A DNA stretch of 24,000 nt, from positions 315,381 through 339,380 of the forward strand of contig JAUJNY010000001.1 of assembly GCA_030447955.1 (NCBI GenBank). Reading direction: 5' to 3'. The notes beneath the pieces were generated by a model, which worked only from the letters and a program-made list of their open reading frames with translations, ran no database searches and was not told the DNA's origin. Both the position numbers and the translations under genes were made by a program. Source of the stretch: Jiangellales bacterium. GTDB taxonomy: Bacteria; Actinomycetota; Actinomycetes; Jiangellales; Jiangellaceae. Of the stretch, positions 20,647 through 24,000 are shown piece after piece; within the stretch, counting starts at the first letter, position 1, and each line of letters opens with the position of its first letter.

Positions 20647-20804
20647 AGGCGAGCGCCGTCTTCGGAGCGCTGGCGGCCGGCGGGTACGGCGGGTTCGCCG
20701 CGCTGGCGCTGCGCGAGGCCGGCTTGTCCACGGGCTCCGAGCTGCCCGTCGTGACCGCGCTCACCGCGCTCGCTGGGGTGGCCGTGGCTGTCGCGGCCTG
20801 GTGG
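20642..20804 (+). pseudogene. Duplicated internal/3' fragment of the DUF3180 gene (copy of 16512-16674)
   Basis: Constant offset 4130; encodes AKASAVFGALAAGGYGGFAALALREAGLSTGSELPVVTALTALAGVAVAVAAWW versus AKASAVFGALAAGGYGGFAALALRESGLFAGSERPVVAALTALAGVAVAVAACW. Confidence 0.93.
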
Positions 20805-21215
20805 TCACGCTTGGCGCATCGGCGGTCTCCTGCTGTCGGTGGCGGGAACACCTGGATCTGCGGCACACCCGAGGCGGACAGCGGCAGCGCCGAGGCGTCT
20901 GTCAGCCGTCCAGAGTGCGGTGTCAGGAGTGAGGTGCGTCGCCGCGAGGAGTTGCGCGTCGACGTAACCGATGCCGAGCCCGAACAGCTCACGGCGCTCG
21001 ATGAGCGTCAGGACTTCGTCCGTTGTCGCGACCACCGCCTGCGGCAAGCTGGTCAACAATCCGAGGACCTCGCGACGCTGAGAAAGTTGGCCGAGCGCGA
21101 GCTCGCCGACCACCCAGGGGTGACTCAGGACGAGGCCGCGCTCGAGCAGGTGCGCGAGCGGCGGCTGTCCGGTCCTCAGATGATCAATCCAGATCGACGT
21201 GTCGACGAGGATCAC
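20805..21215 (-). CDS. vapC: PIN-domain ribonuclease toxin, VapC-like
   Basis: MILVDTSIWIDHLR (GTG start) ... VVGELALGQL ... ELFGLGIGYVDAQLLAATHLTPDTALWTADRRL: conserved acidic residues of PIN domain. Confidence 0.92.
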   Translation of the reverse strand: MILVDTSIWIDHLRTGQPPLAHLLERGLVLSHPWVVGELALGQLSQRREVLGLLTSLPQAVVATTDEVLTLIERRELFGLGIGYVDAQLLAATHLTPDTALWTADRRLGAAAVRLGCAADPGVPATDSRRPPMRQA

Positions 21216-21220
21216 GAGGG

Positions 21221-21409
21221 TTAGGCGCGGCGCCTGGGAGCCTCGGTGAGCGCAGGCTCACTGCCGCCCAGCCTCGACAGCCGCCGAGCGCTCTCTCGCT
21301 GGATGAGGGCGCGTAACGCCTCACGAACGAGAGCGCTCTTCTCCCTGGTCCCGGTGAGACGCTGCGCCTCGGCGACCAGGTCGTCGTCGAGCGCGAGGGT
21401 GGTCCTCAT
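21221..21409 (-). CDS. vapB: VapB-like ribbon-helix-helix antitoxin
   Basis: MRTTLALDDDLVAEAQRLTGTREKSALVREALRALIQRESARRLSRLGGSEPAL; RBS aaggag upstream on the minus strand; 5 nt before vapC. Confidence 0.88.
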   Translation of the reverse strand: MRTTLALDDDLVAEAQRLTGTREKSALVREALRALIQRESARRLSRLGGSEPALTEAPRRRA

Positions 21410-21670
21410 GATCGTTTATCTCCTTGACACCCACAGCGGCATCTCATGATGACACAAACCGTGCCGTGTCGACTCGGGTAGGGCGCTCGACCCACTCGCC
21501 CGCTGCCAGACCATCCCCGCCCGCCCGACAACAACACGACCACCGAGGAGTACCCGACCTGAAGGCCATCACCGCCTGATCCCTCGTGGTCCTCAGCACC
21601 GACGCATCGGCTGGCTGTGAGACGCCGGCGTCCGGCCTCGACGTTCCGGACCCGACGACTCGCCGTGACG

Positions 21671-22600
21671 CTAGGGCATCGACGCCGCCCGACCGTCGGC
21701 CAGCACCTCGCCCAGCCGCACCCAAGCCACGGTGGCGTCGTCCGCGCGTGGGTCGTCGCCGCTGCGTCGCGTCGTGGCCTCGGCCTCGCGCACCCTGCGG
21801 ATGACCTCGGCCGGGCCGGTGCAGTCGAGCATTCGCACGACCTCGGACCAGGTGGCCAGTTGGTACGGGTCCACGATGCGGCTAGCGCCATTGCTGAGGA
21901 GGCCCACCCCGATCCCGTCGGCCAACGGCAGACTCACGCGCACCGCCTCGTCCGCCGCCCGAGGGTCGTCCTTGGCGATCCAGTACCCCTCGGACCGGTT
22001 CCGCCGCCCGCGAAAACAATCGATGACCTCCTCGAGAGCCCGATCGTGCGCCGGGGTGCCGGGCGTGACACCGTCCAACGCCGCCATGCATTCACGTCGT
22101 ACCGCGACCTCACGCCCGTCCGTCACGACCCCGATCCCTCCCGCAGTCTGGTGCAGCAGGACGAAGGAGTCGCCGAGAACCAGGACGTCCAAGCGTTGCT
22201 GCTCGACGACGCGCACCAACGCCACGGTGGCCTGTGGGCTGCTCGGGTCGCCGATGTCGCAGGTGGCCCGATGATCTTCGGCCACGTCCTCGATGGACTC
22301 CGCCAGGATCGCGGCGAGGTCGCGCCCATCGTCGCGCGAAAGCCGACCGAGCAGCGCGCCCCCGAGGCGATGGGTGTACCAGGCGACGCCGTGACGACAG
22401 ATCGATTCGGTGCCGCGGATCCCGGCGCCGTCCAAGAGCGCGACGGCACCGGCCACCGAGCCGACGAAGTCCTCGTTGGATCGGTCCGCATGCCCGGCAC
22501 TAGTCAGCATCCGTACGTCCACAGCCGCACGGTATTTGGCGCTCCTCGACCCGGCGGGCGGGTTCTCCTGCCAGCAGCACTCAAAGCACGTTGCGACCAC
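21671..22600 (-). CDS. PP2C-like (PPM) protein phosphatase family protein; start uncertain (possibly 22518 or 22509)
   Basis: TSAGHADRSNEDFVGSVAGAVALLDGAG (PPM motif), VLVLGDSFVLLH, LLSNGASR, DDATVAWVRLG. Confidence 0.72.
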   Translation of the reverse strand: MVATCFECCWQENPPAGSRSAKYRAAVDVRMLTSAGHADRSNEDFVGSVAGAVALLDGAGIRGTESICRHGVAWYTHRLGGALLGRLSRDDGRDLAAILAESIEDVAEDHRATCDIGDPSSPQATVALVRVVEQQRLDVLVLGDSFVLLHQTAGGIGVVTDGREVAVRRECMAALDGVTPGTPAHDRALEEVIDCFRGRRNRSEGYWIAKDDPRAADEAVRVSLPLADGIGVGLLSNGASRIVDPYQLATWSEVVRMLDCTGPAEVIRRVREAEATTRRSGDDPRADDATVAWVRLGEVLADGRAASMP

Positions 22601-22654
22601 AGCCAGCGGCGCAGCAGAGCCCCGGACGCACTTTCTTCGGTCGTACCGCGGCAG

Positions 22655-23803
22655 CTACGGGATCGAGGCCAGCTCCACGTCGGCGGGGTTCACGCCGCGT
22701 ACGTCTGCCTCCACCGAGCGGCGCAGCGCCTCGTGCAGGGCGCGCGGCGTCAACACGCCGAGGAAGCGCTCGCCATCCAGCACCGCCACCCAGCCGGCGT
22801 CCTCCTGCAGCATCGCGGAGAATGCCGTCTTGAGCGAGGCACGTGCCGGCACCCAGGCTTCCATGCGGCGTGCCCGGTCACGCACCAGACCGCCACCCAC
22901 CGCGTCGGCACCGACCCAGCCGTGCAGTCGTTCGGCGTCGTCGAGCACCACCCCCCAGCGAGCGCCCTGCGCGCGTAGCCGCGTCACCGCCTCGGCCAGC
23001 TGGTCGTCGAGGTGGACGACCGGAGGCAGCTCCAGGTCGTTCAGGTCGATCGGCGTCACCGACAGCCGCTTGAGGCCCCGGTCGGATCCGACGAAGTCCG
23101 CGACGAACGGGGTGGCCGGCGCGCCGAGCACCGTCGCCGGAGGGTCGTACTGCTCGAGGTGCCCGCCTTGGGCGAAGACCGCGATGCGGTCACCGAGCCG
23201 AACGGCCTCCTCGAGGTCATGGGTGACGAACAGGATCGTCTTGCAGACCTCGGCCTGCAGCCGCAGGAACTCCCCCTGCAGCTGCTCGCGCACCACCGGG
23301 TCGACGGCGCTGAACGGCTCGTCCATGAGCAGGACGGGCGGGTCCGCGGCCAGCGCGCGGGCGACACCGACCCGCTGGCGCTGGCCGCCGGAGAGCTGGT
23401 GGGGGTAGCGCCGCCCGTGCAGGTCCGGGTCCAGCCCGACCAGCTCGAGCAGCTCGCGGGCCCGATCCTGACGGCGCCGGCGGTCCCAGCCGAGGAGCTC
23501 CGGCACGGTGGCGACGTTGTCCTCCACCGTGCGATGCGGGAACAGCCCCACCTGCTGGATCACGTACCCCATGCCACGGCGCAGCCGTACGGGGTCACCA
23601 CCGGTCACGTCCTGCCCGTCGACGTAGATCCGGCCACTGGACGGCTCCACCAGCCGGTTGACCATCTTCATCGTCGTCGTCTTGCCGCAGCCGGACGGGC
23701 CGACGAGCGTCACCAGCGCCCCGGTAGGCACGTCCAGCGAGAGCTCCTGCACCGCGACGGTGCCGTCCTCATAGCGCTTGGAGACACGGTCCAGGCGGAT
23801 CAT
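22655..23803 (-). CDS. Glycine betaine/carnitine/choline-type (OpuCA/ProV-like) ABC transporter ATP-binding protein with CBS domains
   Basis: MIRLDRVSKRYEDGTVAVQELSLDVPTGALVTLVGPSGCGKTTTMKMVNRLVEPSSGRIYVDGQDV; LSGGQRQRVGVARALAADPPVLLMDEPFSAVDP; C-terminal CBS pair. Alternative start ATG 23848. Confidence 0.93.
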   Translation of the reverse strand: MIRLDRVSKRYEDGTVAVQELSLDVPTGALVTLVGPSGCGKTTTMKMVNRLVEPSSGRIYVDGQDVTGGDPVRLRRGMGYVIQQVGLFPHRTVEDNVATVPELLGWDRRRRQDRARELLELVGLDPDLHGRRYPHQLSGGQRQRVGVARALAADPPVLLMDEPFSAVDPVVREQLQGEFLRLQAEVCKTILFVTHDLEEAVRLGDRIAVFAQGGHLEQYDPPATVLGAPATPFVADFVGSDRGLKRLSVTPIDLNDLELPPVVHLDDQLAEAVTRLRAQGARWGVVLDDAERLHGWVGADAVGGGLVRDRARRMEAWVPARASLKTAFSAMLQEDAGWVAVLDGERFLGVLTPRALHEALRRSVEADVRGVNPADVELASIP

Positions 23804-23827
23804 CGGGTCTCCGCTACGGTCGCCACC

Positions 23828-24000
23828 GTGACCGGCGTGGTCGCTCATGCGCAGACCCTGACCGAGGACTGCCTGGTGCGCAACGAGTGGATTTGCGCCG
23901 AGTACGTCACCACGCGCCGCGAGGAGATCCTCGCCGCACTGGGACAGCACTCGTTCATCACAGTCGTCTCCGTGGTACTGGGGGCTCTCATCGCTTTCCC
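23828..24000 (+). CDS. Osmoprotectant (OpuCB-like) ABC transporter permease, 3' end truncated by window edge
   Basis: Frame from GTG 23828 (or 23837): VTGVVAHAQTLTEDCLVRNEWICAEYVTTRREEILAALGQHSFITVVSVVLGALIAF; N-terminus of this permease family; divergent from the ATPase gene. Confidence 0.75.
   Translation, partial: MTGVVAHAQTLTEDCLVRNEWICAEYVTTRREEILAALGQHSFITVVSVVLGALIAF

Noticed and set aside
20454-21224. 256-aa plus-strand ORF that looks like a fusion protein containing a DUF3180 segment
   Set aside because: Spans the duplication scar and is antisense to vapC; an artefact of fused gene fragments, not a functional gene.
21410-21670. Spacer between vapB and the PP2C gene with several overlapping ORFs
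   Set aside because: No conserved motif, RBS or repeat beyond the vapB RBS; possible eroded DNA but nothing supportable.
22410-23408. Plus-strand 332-aa ORF opposite the OpuCA-like ATPase; includes translation similar to the 20454-21224 ORF
   Set aside because: Shadow ORF. The shared peptide SSTSAGFTPRTSASTERRSAS simply reflects the duplicated DNA of the ABC gene tail read on the wrong strand.

Overview
High-GC actinobacterial chromosomal window, mostly an ordinary housekeeping neighbourhood. Left part: SigE-family sigma factor (partial); FbpC/FbpB/FbpA-like binding-protein ABC transporter; GNAT; inorganic pyrophosphatase; D-Ala-D-Ala carboxypeptidase; a ydaO/yuaA-type (c-di-AMP) riboswitch candidate upstream of an Rpf-LysM gene; zinc-dependent metalloprotease; tilS-hpt-ftsH-folE-folP-folB-folK-DUF3180. 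From about 16.75 to 22.65 kb there is a small accessory island holding a decayed LanC-like cyclase gene, an ArsR-like regulator translationally coupled to an MFS transporter (with a palindrome upstream), a VapBC-like toxin-antitoxin pair and an orphan PP2C-like phosphatase. Inside the island, at 20506-20804, lies a chimeric scar. It joins a duplicated 3' tail of the right-flanking glycine-betaine-type ABC ATPase gene (22655 onward) to a duplicated piece of the left-flanking DUF3180 gene (16264-16743), so the island carries a fused copy of both its own borders. A degenerate 30-33 bp repeat array sits between folE and folP. I found no convincing wholly new multi-gene defence or biosynthetic system. 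The most distinctive signals are the border-duplication scar, the LanC-like pseudogene with a CCG-type motif, and the intergenic repeat array.
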